NCBI GenBank assembly: GCA_020137815.1
Contig: CM035354.1
Coordinates: 5,890,001-5,954,000 of the forward strand
Direction: 5' to 3'
Origin: Hormiphora californensis
Lineage: Eukaryota > Animalia > Ctenophora
DNA: 64,000 nt
The notes beneath the pieces were generated by a model. It did not search any database and was not told where the DNA came from. It saw only the letters and a program-made list of their open reading frames with translations. Made by a program: the position numbers and the translations under genes. Positions 47,316 through 61,092 of this stretch are shown here, piece by piece (within the stretch, counting starts at the first letter, position 1; each line of letters starts with the position of its first letter).

Positions 47316-50300
47316 AGTTGGTCCACCTGCCACCACCTCCTATCGGTTTCCCCCGGGCAACAGGGTCACACGGAGTACCTTTTCCCCATCCCCTTTTCCC
47401 CTTGATCGATTTTCAGGTCCGTGTGGCCGTGGCTAAGCGTGGCTGTGTATCAAAAATACGGAAAAAAATCATAAAATACAAAACACAAAAAGATCTTCTT
47501 GGCTAGGCGGCCCACAGTGTATCATCGCCAACTATTACGTTCCTACCCCGCCTTCCCCGGCTTAGGGTTACCCGTGGAACAGGCACCTTCCAGCCACCTG
47601 TGGACCTCCAATGCCCCTTTATCTACTAACCCACTAACCAATCCTGATACTAATCTGCTAACCCCCTAAACCTCCCATTAATAGGGTACCCCGATCCAGA
47701 GAGAATAGTATACCCCTTACCCCGCGCCTGAGAGGATAGTTTACCCCGCTCCACAGAGGATAGTTGCCCCGATCCAGAGAGAATAGTATACCCCTTACCC
47801 CGCGCCTGAGAGGATAGTTTACCCCGCTCCACAGAGGATAGTTGCCCCGTTCCGGAGAGAATAGTATACCCCTTACCCCGCGCCTGAGAGGATAGTTTAC
47901 CCCGCTCCACAGAGGATAGTTGCCCCGTTCCGGAGAGAATAGTATACCCCTTACCCCGCGCCTGAGAGGATAGTTTACCCCGCTCCACAGAGGATAGTTG
48001 CCCCGTTCCGGAGAGGATAGTATACCCCTTACCCCGCGCCTGAGAGGATAGTTTACCCCGCTCCACAGAGGATAGTTGCCCCGTTCCGGAGAGGATAGTA
48101 CACCCCTTACCCCACACCTGAGAGGATAGTTTACCCCGCTCCACAGAGGATAGTTGCCCCGTTCCGGAGAGGATAGTATACCCCTTACCCCGCGCCTGAG
48201 AGGATAGTTTACCCCGCTCCACAGAGGATAGTTGCCCCGTTCCGGAGAGGATAGTATACCCCTTACCCCACACCTGAGAGGATAGTTTACCCCGCTCCAC
48301 AGAGGATAGTTGCCCCGTTCCGGAGAGGATAGTATACCCCCTACCCCGCGCCTGAGAGGATAGTTTACCCCGCTCCACAGAGGATAGTTGTCCCGTTCCG
48401 GAGAGAATAGTATACCCCTTACCCCGCGCCTGAGAGGATAGTTTACCCCGCTCCACAGAGGATAGTTGCCCCGTTCCGGAGAGGATAGTATACCCCTTAC
48501 CCCGCGCCTGAGAGGATAGTTTACCCCGCTCCACAGAGGATAGTTGCCCGTTCCGGAGAGGATAGTATACCCCTTACCCCACACCTGAGAGGATAGTTTA
48601 CCCCGCTCCACAGAGGATAGTTGCCCCGTTCCGGAGAGGATAGTATACCCCTTACCCCGCACCTGAGAGGATAGTTTACCCCGCTCCACAGAGGATAGTT
48701 GCCCCGTTCCGGAGAGGATAGTTGCCCCGATCCAGAGAGAATAGTATACCCCTTACCCCGCGCCTGAGAGGATAGTTTACCCCGCTCCACAGAGGATAGT
48801 TGCCCCGTTCCGGAGAGGATAGTATACCCCTTACCCCGCACCTGAGAGGATAGTTTACCCCGCTCCACAGAGGATAGTTGCCCCGTTCCTGAGAGGATAG
48901 TTTACCCTGTTCCTGGGAGGATAGTTTACCCCGTTCCAGTTAGATCATAATGCTTCACATATATGTCCCCGTTACAGATCCACCATATAGACATATAGAT
49001 ACACACCCGTACGCTGAAAGTGTCGGTTCGTGCTGAAAAGCTGCAAGGATGGCCGGGTAAACCATCCACTAACGGACCAAATGTGGCGGTGGGATTCCGT
49101 TACCGCTGTGCACCGGTGGCAGTGTTAAGACCCCCAAACCCGGCTCTTCTTCTAACAAACCGATGACTATGTATACACAGTGATTGGTTTGAAACTCACC
49201 CCCAAAACTTACTCATCTTATTCGACATGAGTACTAACACCCGTAAACCAAGGAAGGTCTGGTCTAAGCAAGAGAACCTAGACTTGGTGTACTGCTACTA
49301 CAGCAGCAACCCAGGCACATCCGGATCCTGGAAGAGGCTCGAACGCCTATGGGAAGACAAGGGACACGACCCATTAACAGGTGCCAAACTCTCAAGCCAG
49401 TTCAGATCAATAGAGAAATCTGGACACATGGTAACACCGCAGGAGATGGCTGATCAGCGAATGCTAGCAGGGCTAGCAGCATCTGGCCTAAATATACTCC
49501 CGGAAGTGGATCTCACGGTGAATGATAACACTGCGGGTCCGAGTACCTCGGCAAATGGGGACACCACCGATCCCCCACCACCACCCCCAACTAGAGCGCC
49601 ACGAACGAAATGGACCACAGAAATGAACATTACGCTCGTGTTCATCCACTCGTACTCACAACCTGACAAAAGAGGAGTATGGAACCGAGTGGAGGAAAGG
49701 TGGTCAAAGACAACCTACCCTTCCAAGACTGATGACCAGCTTAGATCCCAACTGAGATCTATAACTCAGTCGGGACTCCTTTCACCACAGAAGCTGATGG
49801 AAATCAGAACAGCGGCCGTAGCCGACCGTGAAGCAACTGAATCGGCACGACAGGCTGTGGTAGAGGACAACCCACCCCCAGAAACCATTGAACCCCCCAC
49901 AAACCCAGTGGAAGAGGAAGAGGAAGAGGAAGGGCCATCACCGAACCCTGAAATCGTGGAGCAGTTCAAGAAACTACTCGAGGAACCAAGCTCCATCAAA
50001 GTCACCGACTTGAGGCATGTCCCCTGGGGGAAGCTACGAGTGGCAATTGACCGACTCAGCCCGGTAATCAAGTCCTTTGAAACTCCAGACCTTACCACAC
50101 TGAACACGCTACTGATGGCCGTAGCCCATGTGGTCCGAGAACAGATGGGCGTTAAGGCACCAAGCGAACCCACCAACAACACCCCCAGAAGGAATAAACA
50201 ACCTATGTGGCTGCGACGACTCGAAGAGAGTGTCGCCAAGCTTCGCTCAGACCTCTCCAGGCTGACCGAAATGAGCAGAGGTGCCACCCACAAGTTCCAA

Positions 50301-53296
50301 ACTATAGATATTATCTATAGAAGATACCCGCTGCTGCCCAAGAAGGGCTATAAACAAGTTATAGAAGAAGTGAAGCAGAGACTGCTAGCGAAGGCCGGAA
50401 AGATTAAGAGATACAAGAAGAAGCAGCAGACATTCGTTGACAACAACCTGTTCCAGAACAACCAACGAAACTTTTACCGGAAACTGGAGAAACGTGGATC
50501 GGACCCCACGCCACTCGATTGTACTCCAGAAGACCAGACCAGGACGCTTAACTTCTGGAAAAATATCTGGGAAAACGAGGCTGGTCATAACACTGAAGCA
50601 GAATGGTTAGACGGAGTCCAGGAGAACTTTGAAACAGTCAGCCAACAGGAAGAGTTTCAGATCACCACGGAAAGAGTTGCAGCTCGGGTGAAAGGAATGA
50701 CCAACTGGTCAACCCCAGGTATAGATGGTCTCCACGCCTTCTGGATTAAACACACGACTTGCCTCCATGGTCGGATAGCTGAGCTACTCAACGAAAGTCT
50801 CATTACGAGTCAAGTCCCGGCATGGATGACTGAAGGCAGGACCTTCCTCCTGATTAAAGACCCCAAGAAGGGAATGTCAAACCCGGGGAACTTTAGACCC
50901 ATAACCTGCCTTCCGAACCTCTGGAAGCTGTATACAGGAATATTATCAGAAGACATCTACCAGCACCTCGATGTAAACGGGCTCTTTCCGGAAGAGCAGA
51001 AGGGGTGCCGCAAAAAGAGTCGAGGATGTAAAGAACAACTAGCAATTGACAAACTTATCCTACGTCATTGCAAACGCTCAAAGTCTTCCTTGTATATGGC
51101 TTTCATAGACTATCAGAAGGCATACGACTCGATCCCCCACTCCTGGATCCTTAAGTCAATGGAGATGTGCGGGATAAACCCTCAGATAATCCGACTATTC
51201 GAGTCATCATTCCAGCAGTGTATTGTCAACATCGTCCAATCTGGGTCAGACTTAGGTAAAATACACATCAAGAGAGGCCTCTTCCAAGGAGACTCCGTCT
51301 CCCCTATTCACTTTATTATAGGCCTGATCCCCCTGTCCATGCTCCTAGCTGCCCAAGGAAGAGGCTACACCATATCTGAACCCAGTAAGCTCCAGATCCA
51401 GATATTAGTATTAACCACCGCCTATACATGGACGATCTTAAGCTGTATGCCAGCTCGAAAGAGGACCTTCAGCAGCTCTTAGCAGTCACTGAGAAGTTTA
51501 GCACTGACATCAACATGTCCTTTGGTCTATCCAAGTGCGGAGCTCTAGACATTGTGGACGGAGTCAGAAGTCGGATGCAGGGAATAAGCCTACCAAGTGG
51601 AGACAGAATACCCGAGGTGGAAGATGGAGGCTATAAGTACCTCGGCATCCTGGAGGTTGACCGTATTCTTCATCAAGAAATGAAAGCTAAGGTCAAAGCC
51701 GAATACACCCGAAGAGTCAAGAAACTACTGTCCTCGAGCCTGCAAGGCAAGAACCTCATCACAGCAATCAACACATGGGCAATACCTGTGATCCGTTACG
51801 GTGCCGGAATACTGGACTGGTCCACTTCCGAAGCCAGTGGACTAGACATGATGACTAGGAAGATCCTGAGAAGAGGAGTCATCAAGAGCAACAGTGACAT
51901 TGACCGGCTGTATGTTTGCAGGAAACTGGGAGGAAGGGGTCTCCAACGGATTGAAGATGTCATTGTGAAGGAAGAGACAGGACTAGTGACATTCTTCACC
52001 AATTCCACGGACCCCAAGATCCGTGCCCTCCACACGGCGATGCAGTCTGAAGATATGCTAACTGGACCTCCAGAAGACGCAGAAGCCCTGAAGGAAAGAC
52101 TACAGACGGAACTTATAGAGAAATGGAAACACAAAGTCTTACATGGAAGATTCCTGAAGCAACTTGAAGAAGGGGGATGCGACCCTGACGCGACCTGGGC
52201 CTGGCTCAACAAAGAGAGCCTCAGCAGATACACCGAAGCCGATGTCTTTGCTGCCCAGGATCAAGCCATTCGCACGAACTGGTTGAGAGCTGCCATACAG
52301 AAAGAGAATGAAGTGACTGAGAAGTGCCGGATCTGTAACCAACACAACGAGTCAGTGGAACACATCCTAAACGGATGCACGAAACTTGCCAACGGAGACT
52401 ATAAACTCCGACACGATCGAGTAGCTGCTGCCCTGCACTGGGGAATATGCAAGGACCACGGATTTCCTACCGAATCAAAGTGGTGGAGCCACTATGCAGA
52501 GAAAGTGCTCGAGAATGAGAACTGCAAGATCCTCTGGGATTTCCACATTCAGACGGATAACCCCATCGAGGCATGTAAACCTGACGTGGTCCTTCTAGAC
52601 AAACTAAAGAAGGAAGCGCTTCTGATCGATGTCGCTGTACCAAAGGACAGGTCAGTCTCGGACAGGGAGATGGAGAAGATCGAGAAGTACCAAGAACTAC
52701 GGAGGGAGCTCACACGAATTTGGGATCTTAAAAAGGCCACGGTCATCCCTATCGTGATCGGAGCTCTTGGCGGAGTCAGCCCCCGACTGGAGAAGTACCT
52801 GACTGCTATAACCCGCCAAATTTACCCTTCACAGCTTCAAAAGTCAGTCCTCTTTAACTCGATGAACACGCTCCGGAAAGTTCTCGACATGTAATATTAC
52901 CTCCCGAGCTGTCCCCCCTGTTATTGTCAATTATTTTTTTACCCTTTTTACCCGTTCCTGCTTGCCCCTAGATTTCCCTAGATTCAGACAGTTTGCTTCT
53001 TCAGTTCCTGATAAGTTGCCTCTTCTTAGGCTCCGTTCCAGAAGGTTGGGCTTCTTTCCAGATAGCTTAGGAGGTCTTATGCTCCGCCACCATGAGCTTT
53101 AACTCCCCTTTAAATGTTTTCCCTTACTTTATCCCATATGTACATTGTTCAACTTTCCCCTATGTACATTGTTTTACCTACCTTTACTCCGCAGGCCCTC
53201 CGGGCCCTCAGATCCAACAGGATCCGGGCTCGGGGGATTTAACCCTGCTCACGCATGGGACCTTACGGCCCCATGCGGGAGTGGTGCGTGTAGTGG

Positions 53297-53356
<60 letters not shown>

Positions 53357-55015
53357 TATGATCGATCATCTATTACAACATTAACTATCTTCCTATAATC
53401 ATCGTTATAACACGCCCTTGTTGATATTACATTTTACAGGTGTCATCAAATATCCGTTACATTTATTATTTTGTTTTGCAGTTCGAACATATTCATACCC
53501 AGGATTGTAATTACATAATGAGGACGTAAAGGGGCGGGGCTCTATCATTTCTCCGTGACGGGAGCGCGAAACATTATTTTGCAGGGGATATAACAGCCTG
53601 CAGAGTGACAGAGAAAAGAGAACAATGATAAATATGGGGTCGTGAAATGGGGCATATTATGTGAAAGAGATGGGATATATATACTGTGCACGATCCCTCT
53701 AATGGGGGCTTCTTCTTTTAGAGCCTCTTGATGTTTCTCATTACATTTTGTAGCTGGTCACACACTTCCCCAAAGTTGTCTTCTTCTTTAGAAATAGGAT
53801 GCTTGTTTCTGATTGATTTCACATTTCTTATTATTTGTCGATCCTAGAATCTTTCCAGGAACCGGAAATTGAATTCTTAGATTTGTTATTCAGCGACACA
53901 CGATTCAGAGAGAGAGAACTTGGTTATCGATACTCTTTTTATCACTCTCCAATATATGCTTGCTCTCTATCTGTCTCTTTCTAATCGCCCCTTTCTCTCT
54001 GTTTCTCGAATACACTTGTCCTCACTTGGGAGAGGGAGGGGAGAGATAGAGAGAGAGAGAGATAAAAGAGAGAGCGCCAGCGTCCTAAGATTGTGTACTA
54101 TTCCCATTGTGTCCCCTCTCTCAATGTCCCTTACTTGAAGCTTCTTTGTGTATTGGGGGTTAGTGCTGTGTGTGTGTTAGATTAGATTGACTCTCTTGTT
54201 GTTTAGTATCTCTCAACACTCGTCACTCTTAGTAACTTAGAAGTCCTGCTTTCTAGTTTTGTCAAGTTCAGTGCATTGTGTTTCAATTGTACTTCTTAAG
54301 TATAGAGAGAATCAAATCAGTACGCTATGGATATTGATGACACTTTGGATGCCCTGGGAGAGAAGGCTACCTAGTATGAGGAATACACTATATCCAGTCA
54401 GGGGGAGGAAGTTACAGGTGATTGGAATAACATTAGTATTGTCATTGACCATTGTTTATCATTTAATTGTTCGGTTTTATGTTTTCAGTTTTGGGTTTTT
54501 AATCCCTGCTTTTTCATATCAATTTATCTCCAACATGTAGCATTTTGACTGTCTAACTGTCTGTATGTTATGGGATAACTATCCCATAATGGTCTCAGTC
54601 CTAACTTGCACTCTGTATCACTAATGACGAAGTTGCTAGCTTCCCATGTATCTTAGACTCAAGACTCGCTACCGACAATTATATTTGATCTTCTTATCGT
54701 ACCTGTATCTTTTCTTTATAATTTCTTTTTTATCAAGTTCAAGTGTTTCCACGATACTCGATAGATCTTTATTCTGTTCTCAGGTCTCAACCTTGTTGTG
54801 CTCTGGATGCTGTAGAGGTGTCGCGTGTAGCAGGAGTGGAGAGCGCAGGAGGAGTAGAGAGCGAAGTAAGCAGAGAAAGAGAAAAGAGAGAGCGGAGACG
54901 AGTAGATCGGAGAGAGAGCGCAATTGCTAGAGAAGAGACTGTTAGAGTAGCGAGAGGATAGAGAGCTCGCGTAGATTCTAGGAGCTCGCTGGCTCTCTCC
55001 GACTCCTCTCTCTCA

Positions 55016-55060
<45 letters not shown>

Positions 55061-57077
55061 CTCCCTCTGTCTCTCTCTCTGTCTCTCCCTCTCTCTCTCT
55101 CTCTCTCCCTCTCTTTTCCTAATGGATATCCCATTTTCAGCGGGCGTGTGGAACTGGTTTAACTACGCTAAGAGTACGATCGATGCTGGCCTTGACTCAG
55201 CACACAGCTACCTTGAAGATAACCCGGTTAGTAAACTGAAAAAAAAGGATTCAGCTCATGAATGTTAATTTGTATAAGTAATTTCTTGTTTTACTCCCTT
55301 TTCTTTCTTCTGAACGTAGACTAACAATTCTTACAATACATTTTCGAGTCTGAAATTATTGTAGAACTGATCAGAGCAGAGAGGGTAAGCATCATACCTC
55401 TTCAGTTTATAACAACTCTAACACTAAACATTTGGGTTTTCCATCAAGCGGTTTTATGCCAAAAGATTAGCAAAACCGTAAAAAAGTGGCCCGACACACT
55501 TGCATATTTCCCTCTCTCTTTTTTCCTTCCCTTCCTCTCCCCCTCCCACTCCCTCTCTCTCCCTCTCTCACTGACACATCTCTATATCTTCAGACCCTGC
55601 AAGGGACGACCAACATGATATATTCAGTGGGGGAGGAGGCTCACAAGAAGTTGGCCGCGGCAGGAGGAGTCGCTGGTGGAGTTATGGTAAGACAACCCCT
55701 CCCAAGACAACCTTCTCTTTTCTGAATTCCAGGAATAATGAGCCATGTTAATTTCTTAATTTCTTCTCCCTTTTAGAACTCAGTATCAACCTACGGTTCC
55801 GTTCTACTTTCCTCTGTTTCTGCGACAAAAAACCCTGGTAAGTTCTGCGAAAGCCACTAACAATTAGTTTGTGTGTAAAACGCTTGAAGTTACTCTGACC
55901 AGACCATCTGTTTACATCATCAAAACGCCAGTCGAACTTCTATCGCTAGTTTTCTCAATCTGCTTGTGAAGAGTGGATCCCTGTTTTCGCGCAGTATGTA
56001 TCACGCGCGCACACACTGGCTCTCTTCAGCCTCGTGGCTGGACGTTCCGTTGCTCACATCATCATTCATCGGCTTGATGATTCCACGTTATCAACTTATA
56101 TTATACACTTCACTTTCCCAAGTCATGAACAACAATCTCAAATGTTTCAGATCCCATTATCCTGTGTATAATCTCTGATAAACACATTGACGTGTCTGTC
56201 CTCAACGCCGCATTCAACAACTGCTTCAGTAAAATCACCACCAATACATATGACGTTGTCTCCGGTCTGGCTGCTCAGCTAGTTGGTCCCGCCTCGGCTA
56301 TTGAAGGATGTAGGCTGAGGGTCCAGGCAGCCAGAGCCCAGAAGATAGTGGGAGACACTGATGTGGCTGTTGCGGTGGAGAGTTTTGTTAACGAGATAGT
56401 GCCTGGAACGTAAGTCATTTCTATCTCTTTTTCAGACTTCTTCCCAACTTTTTTATAAAAGATAATTGTTTAATTAATTAATTAATTTAAATGTCTGATG
56501 ATAAAACCCTAAAACCCCGCTCTCTCTCTCTCCTCAGGTGGGTTGAACAGTACTGCATGTTAGTCAGTGACGTGCAGCACGAGATAGACCTGCACGTGTT
56601 CAGTCAGCCTGTAAACGTACCAACAGATCTAACTGTTAGGAGCAAGGAGGCCACTCCCGCTGAGTATGCACTCCGATCATCTGGATACGCCAAATCAATC
56701 ATTGAGGTTCGTGTTTTAGTGTTTACCATTCTCTATCTCAATTCTAATCGATTCTTGTTTTGAAATTAAACTCCATAGTTTCAAACCAGTTTGGTGGGTG
56801 AGTTTAGTGGAAACTATGGAGTTCACTACCATTCTCACAACCCAATTTTAGTTAAACTAACCACCTCCCCTTTTTCCAGGTGATCTCCGAGACTTTCCCT
56901 GAGGTAAACATTAAGGATTGGTACACCCCCTTCGTAGGAGTCTCCAACAGACAGGTCCTGGGTCTGGTGTCCCAACTTCTGGTGGCCCTGTACGTACAGA
57001 AGCTTATCAACACCATGCCCCCCGCCAAGGAGGGAGAGGATGAGGGTGGTATTGAGGGAGAGCTCGAGAGGACGTAG
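46302..57077 (+). CDS. PRRC1: PRRC1 homologue (C-terminal ITPase/YjjX-like domain)
   Basis: 3' exons (55141-55226, 55594-55686, 55777-55837, 56152-56409, 56538-56706, 56880-57077) give SGLAAQLVG..VAVESFVNEIVPGTW..FSQPVNVP..TPAEYALRSSG..DWYTPFVGVS. The 5' exons 46302-46436 and 46843-46933 are joined by phase compatibility only, so they are less certain. Confidence 0.8.
47690..48935. repeat. 78-bp tandem repeat, about 16 copies
   Basis: The unit is built from three gaggatagt-containing subrepeats and copies are near-identical. Confidence 0.95.
49227..52894 (+). CDS. Retrotransposon polyprotein: two Myb-like repeats, RT, CCHC knuckle, PD-(D/E)xK endonuclease; one frameshift near 51390
   Basis: WSKQEN and WTTEMN repeats, PGIDG, FRPITCLP, IDYQKAYDSIPH, GLFQGDSVSP, YMDDLKL, CRIC..ESVEHILNGC, RHD, KPDVV..IDVAVP..EKIEKY. 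Confidence 0.93.
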
Positions 57078-58273
57078 ATAGACAATTGACACTTGAAGTG
57101 CAGGAATTTCTCTTTGAACTAAAAAATATATTGGACTCTTTTATTTTCTTAGCGTGATTGTCCACGTTGTTTTGCTTCCTCTTCAACACATGATGCTTTG
57201 TGTTTTTTTGTGTGTTAAGAGTAAGAGGGAGCGAGTGTGATAAATCGATAAAAAGATAGGACTCTGGATCCATTATGGGATTAATATGTTCAACACGATA
57301 TATGCATGCGACAGTACTGTTTCTTTTTGCGTGTGTAGTGGTTTTGATGTTGTTATTTAACGATTGTTGAGCGAGGTGATGTTGTTGTGTTATAACCCAA
57401 ATCATCAATTGAGCTCTCAGTATATTGGCTGTTTTATTGGTCTTCCTCTCCCTAAATACCAACAATATTTCCCCATACCACTTTCATTCTCTCTTTTTTC
57501 CCAACCTTCATTCTGTTTAGCGTTCAATGTCACAAGCTCTAAAAAGAGAAGTTATTCACAAGATAAGAAAGTCAAGACGGAAGCCGGGAAGCCAACATGA
57601 GCTAGTCAAAATGGTAAGAGCTTGTTGCCTGTTGGGATAATTATAAATTATATACGGCCAGACTGTAGCAAGCCGGATGTTTCACTTTCACTTTACCGAA
57701 TCAAGCTCCACTGGTGATTGGCGATAATTTAAGTGACTGTGAAATTTGAAAATCAGAGAGGTGTCCCGTGGCCTGGTGGCCACTGATTGGCCCAGTCACG
57801 GTTATAAAATGATAATTCACTTATCCCAATTCCGTATTTGCATTGGTAATTCTGACAGTACTCACAAACATGGTTGTATCCATCCCTAGTTCACCTGCCA
57901 ACTCTGGAAAATCTCCGGACGATTTGGAAATCAATCTAGATGATGTTGATACCAACAAGGATATCGCCAGTCCAGCCCCATCCAAGGGGTAAGTGTGAGG
58001 GTGTTGCTAAGTGAGAGCTCCTTCATAAAATAAATTGTTGTTGTGGAGGTGCTGTAATTTTGCTGTGCACGCTGTTGCCTGGGTATTGGTTGTGGAAAAA
58101 GCGGGGGAGAGAGACGAGAGAGATAGTTGAGAGAAACATATGTGCACGGAAACGCTAGTGATAAAATTTTAGCACAGTACCAGGCCATAAAACCATTTTC
58201 TCTCCTGTGTATCGGCAGCACTTGGTTGTTGTGTTTCTCTTCTCCAACTTTTGTAAAATTTGTCCGCAAAGTC

Positions 58274-61009
58274 ATGACGGTTCCAAAGGATTTGAAAGCC
58301 CCGGGTCGAGCTAAAAAGGAGCCTGAGCAAACAACCCCCGTGGCTCTTGATAATACTCCTCCCGCTGATAACAATGATGATGTGAAGCCTGCAGAACCTG
58401 AAAATTCTGTTACTAAAGAGGCTGAAAAGGAGGAAACATTAGCTACAGATGGTTCTCCACCTGTTACTAAACAACCCATACCTGGGGATCATAAGGAGAC
58501 TGTCCCTCACTCTACTACTGCGTGCGTTGAAAAAATTTCTCCACTGAGTGCTGCATTGTTCAGAAGTTATGGGAGTGCCGGCAGGCGCCTTTGGCCAAAC
58601 GAAGCACAGCTGTACCTAAAAGCACTAAAAATGATAAATAAAAACTGCAGTTTAGTAAATCTAAATTGATCAAAGTTGAGACCGAAATAGAGCTATCTGT
58701 AGCTTTAGTTGTACTGTGTGTTTGGCCAAACTTTATGTCTAGGTTACTAAAGCATTGAATCATCAGCATAAAATCAAGCGGTGCAAAAGACGAGTGGAAA
58801 CTTGCGTTTGCCAACTTATGGTATGCCGTATTGTACTCTTACAGTGTGCCGTCTTTAACCCGTTTATCGGTGAAAAATGAGAGATTTACTCCTTCATATA
58901 TTACTCCTTCATAAAACCCTTTTAATACTACAGGAGCCTATCACGAGCTTCCTTCGAACGGGAAACTTCCGGCCGCCGAAGTTCCGACGATTTTTCCGTG
59001 ACATGCCAGTAAGACTCATTTAAATCAAAATCTCTTACACACTTTCTTTCAAAAAACTTCTTTTCACACAAGTGATTCTTTTATCTGACTGAAGTTAAAG
59101 AGGGGTTTTCATTTTCAAAAACGTGAACTCTAACAGTGTGGACATGTGTGGTAGTGGATCATTGGTAGTACAACTGCTTACTATTTCACTTTCAGATCGG
59201 AGTCGGCAGAAGTCCCTGAGATTGATGATCATCTGTTAATGGAGTTTATGGAGGACAATGAGATTATCATCGCTAAATTCCTACATTATCTTCAGTCAAT
59301 TGGGCTGTTCCCTCTCTCTGATCCTCGCTTCAAGAACATCATCAACAAGTAGGTTGGGTTTGAGTCACTGAAATAAAGTTGTGGTTTCAGGTGTAACAAA
59401 CGAGTCCAAGTTGTTCTGGGTGCTCGATCTGTTAATTATTATAACCACTCTTTCAATTCCTAACTACATAATGTTCTCTCAGAATGAAGGCATACAGTAG
59501 GGAGGGGGTAATGCCTGAGACTATGCCCCCTGATGACTTCAAAAGGTGTCTCGGCTCCAACCTTGTGTTCTGCCAGCAGGCCCTACATGGAAACCTGATT
59601 ATCCCTGAGTGGAAGACCTTCACCGATCACCTTGTTGAGTGTTTCGACTCCTGCAAGGAAATCACCGAGGGAACGGTGAGAATTTATAATGATAGGGCTT
59701 TCATTCCTCTTACATTGGGTAAACTAAAGTTTGGTTATAGACCCATTTACCACCATTCTATACACTCCTAGTGGATGTTATCTAGAGAACATGTTGCAGG
59801 TTGAGTCCCTGACACCTCAATTAAGGAATGTGGACCCTGACGCATGGGGCCTCTCCGTTACCACTGTTGATGGACAGAGATTCAGTATTGGGAACTCTAC
59901 TAACCCGTACGTGTTGTAGTGTGTTTATCCCTGTTTCAGTGTGGAATATATTCCCAGTACTAATTGATTAACTAATTGATTTGCTAATTGATTAACTAAT
60001 TGGCCACCCTCTCCTGTAGGTTCCCCCTACTCGACCTGGCCCGGGTGATCTCGTATTGTATGGTGGCTAGTGATGAGTCCTGTGAGTATGTCCACAAGTA
60101 CATTGGCAAGGAGCCAAGTGGCACCCAGGCGGAGGCCCTAGCTCTAAAGGACGGTAGACCCCATAACCCCCTCCTCATGACGGGTGGAGTGACTCTGAAT
60201 TCCTTGATGAAACCTAAACTCTGCTTTTCCGAGCGGTTCGAGTACTTTTCCACTGTCGTCCAGGCGTGAGTTTCAAATGGGTTGCTAATTTGCAATCTGA
60301 GTGCTAGCTTCCACGAGCTCGTTTTAGAGGCAGCTCAGTGGATCATAGACTAGGTTTTCATTCAGGTTTTTGGTCTTTATTTGAGGCCATTTCCTAGGTT
60401 TGCTGGTAATGACTACATTGGGTTCAATAACTCCCTCTCCCTGGCCCTGAAAGATCACTCCAACCGATTGTACGCTGTGGGTCACTTCCTCAAAACTAAC
60501 AAGTGCCTGAACAAAGATGATAACGTGAGTTGTGATTGGTACTCTGTTTGAATCTTTATAATCCGTTGACATGACCCATTAGCTCCCATACAAATTAGCA
60601 TTATGGTTTCCAGTGCAGTAGCTGCAAATTGTAACCATGCCCCTATTCCCTGACAATTACCTCCACTCGACAGATTATCCTGGACGAGGTTACTGAGCTG
60701 GATATCCACTTCTCCTCAATCGAGGCAACATGTGCTAGTGCAAGTGTCATCGCAGCGACACTAGCCGCCGGTGGAATCTGCCCTCTAACAGGTTTAGAGC
60801 GATGTACTGCGGTGTTTTTTCTTTCTACAAATTAAAACTTCTATTTACCAGCTCTGAATTTAAAGCTGAAATTATTAATTAACAACATTAACATAATTGG
60901 AAATTAACTTTCAGCGGAGAAAGCGGCTCTTCCGGACGCAGTTAGGAACTGTCTCAGTCTGATGAACTGCTGTGGAGTAAACGATTACAGTGGAGAATTC
61001 ATGTTTGAG
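58274..61009 (+). CDS. Glutaminase homologue 2, predicted catalytically inactive; 3' exons presumably beyond the window
   Basis: Nine phase-compatible exons (about 58274-58521, 58934-59008, 59196-59348, 59483-59675, 59800-59906, 60020-60265, 60397-60524, 60674-60791, 60915-61009). SVTTVDGQRFSIG, YIGKEPSG, RPHNP, AATLAAGGICPLT, CGVNDYSGEFMFE. Confidence 0.9.
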
Positions 61010-61092
61010 GTATAAGGGGGCTTCCATGCCCGTATTTATTTCTGAAAGGCTCACTTTTTTGGGGGCTGAAGTCTGTAAACTGGAACATAGTC

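Larger units (their letters stand above)
47311..53300 (+). mobile_element. Near-full-length R4/Dong-clade RLE non-LTR retrotransposon inserted in a (GA)n tract
   Basis: (GA)n on both sides (47205-47310 and 53300-53352), one long RT-RLE reading frame and a 3' UTR of about 400 bp. Confidence 0.85.

Noticed and set aside
47650-48868. Long repetitive minus-strand ORFs (294, 343 and 115 aa) and a CRISPR-like appearance
   Set aside because: A 78-bp unit is a multiple of 3 and stop-free by chance. There are no unique spacers and no cas genes, and the context is eukaryotic.
51380-51430. Programmed ribosomal frameshift in the RT
   Set aside because: No slippery heptamer, it falls within the RT core, and indels are common across the window
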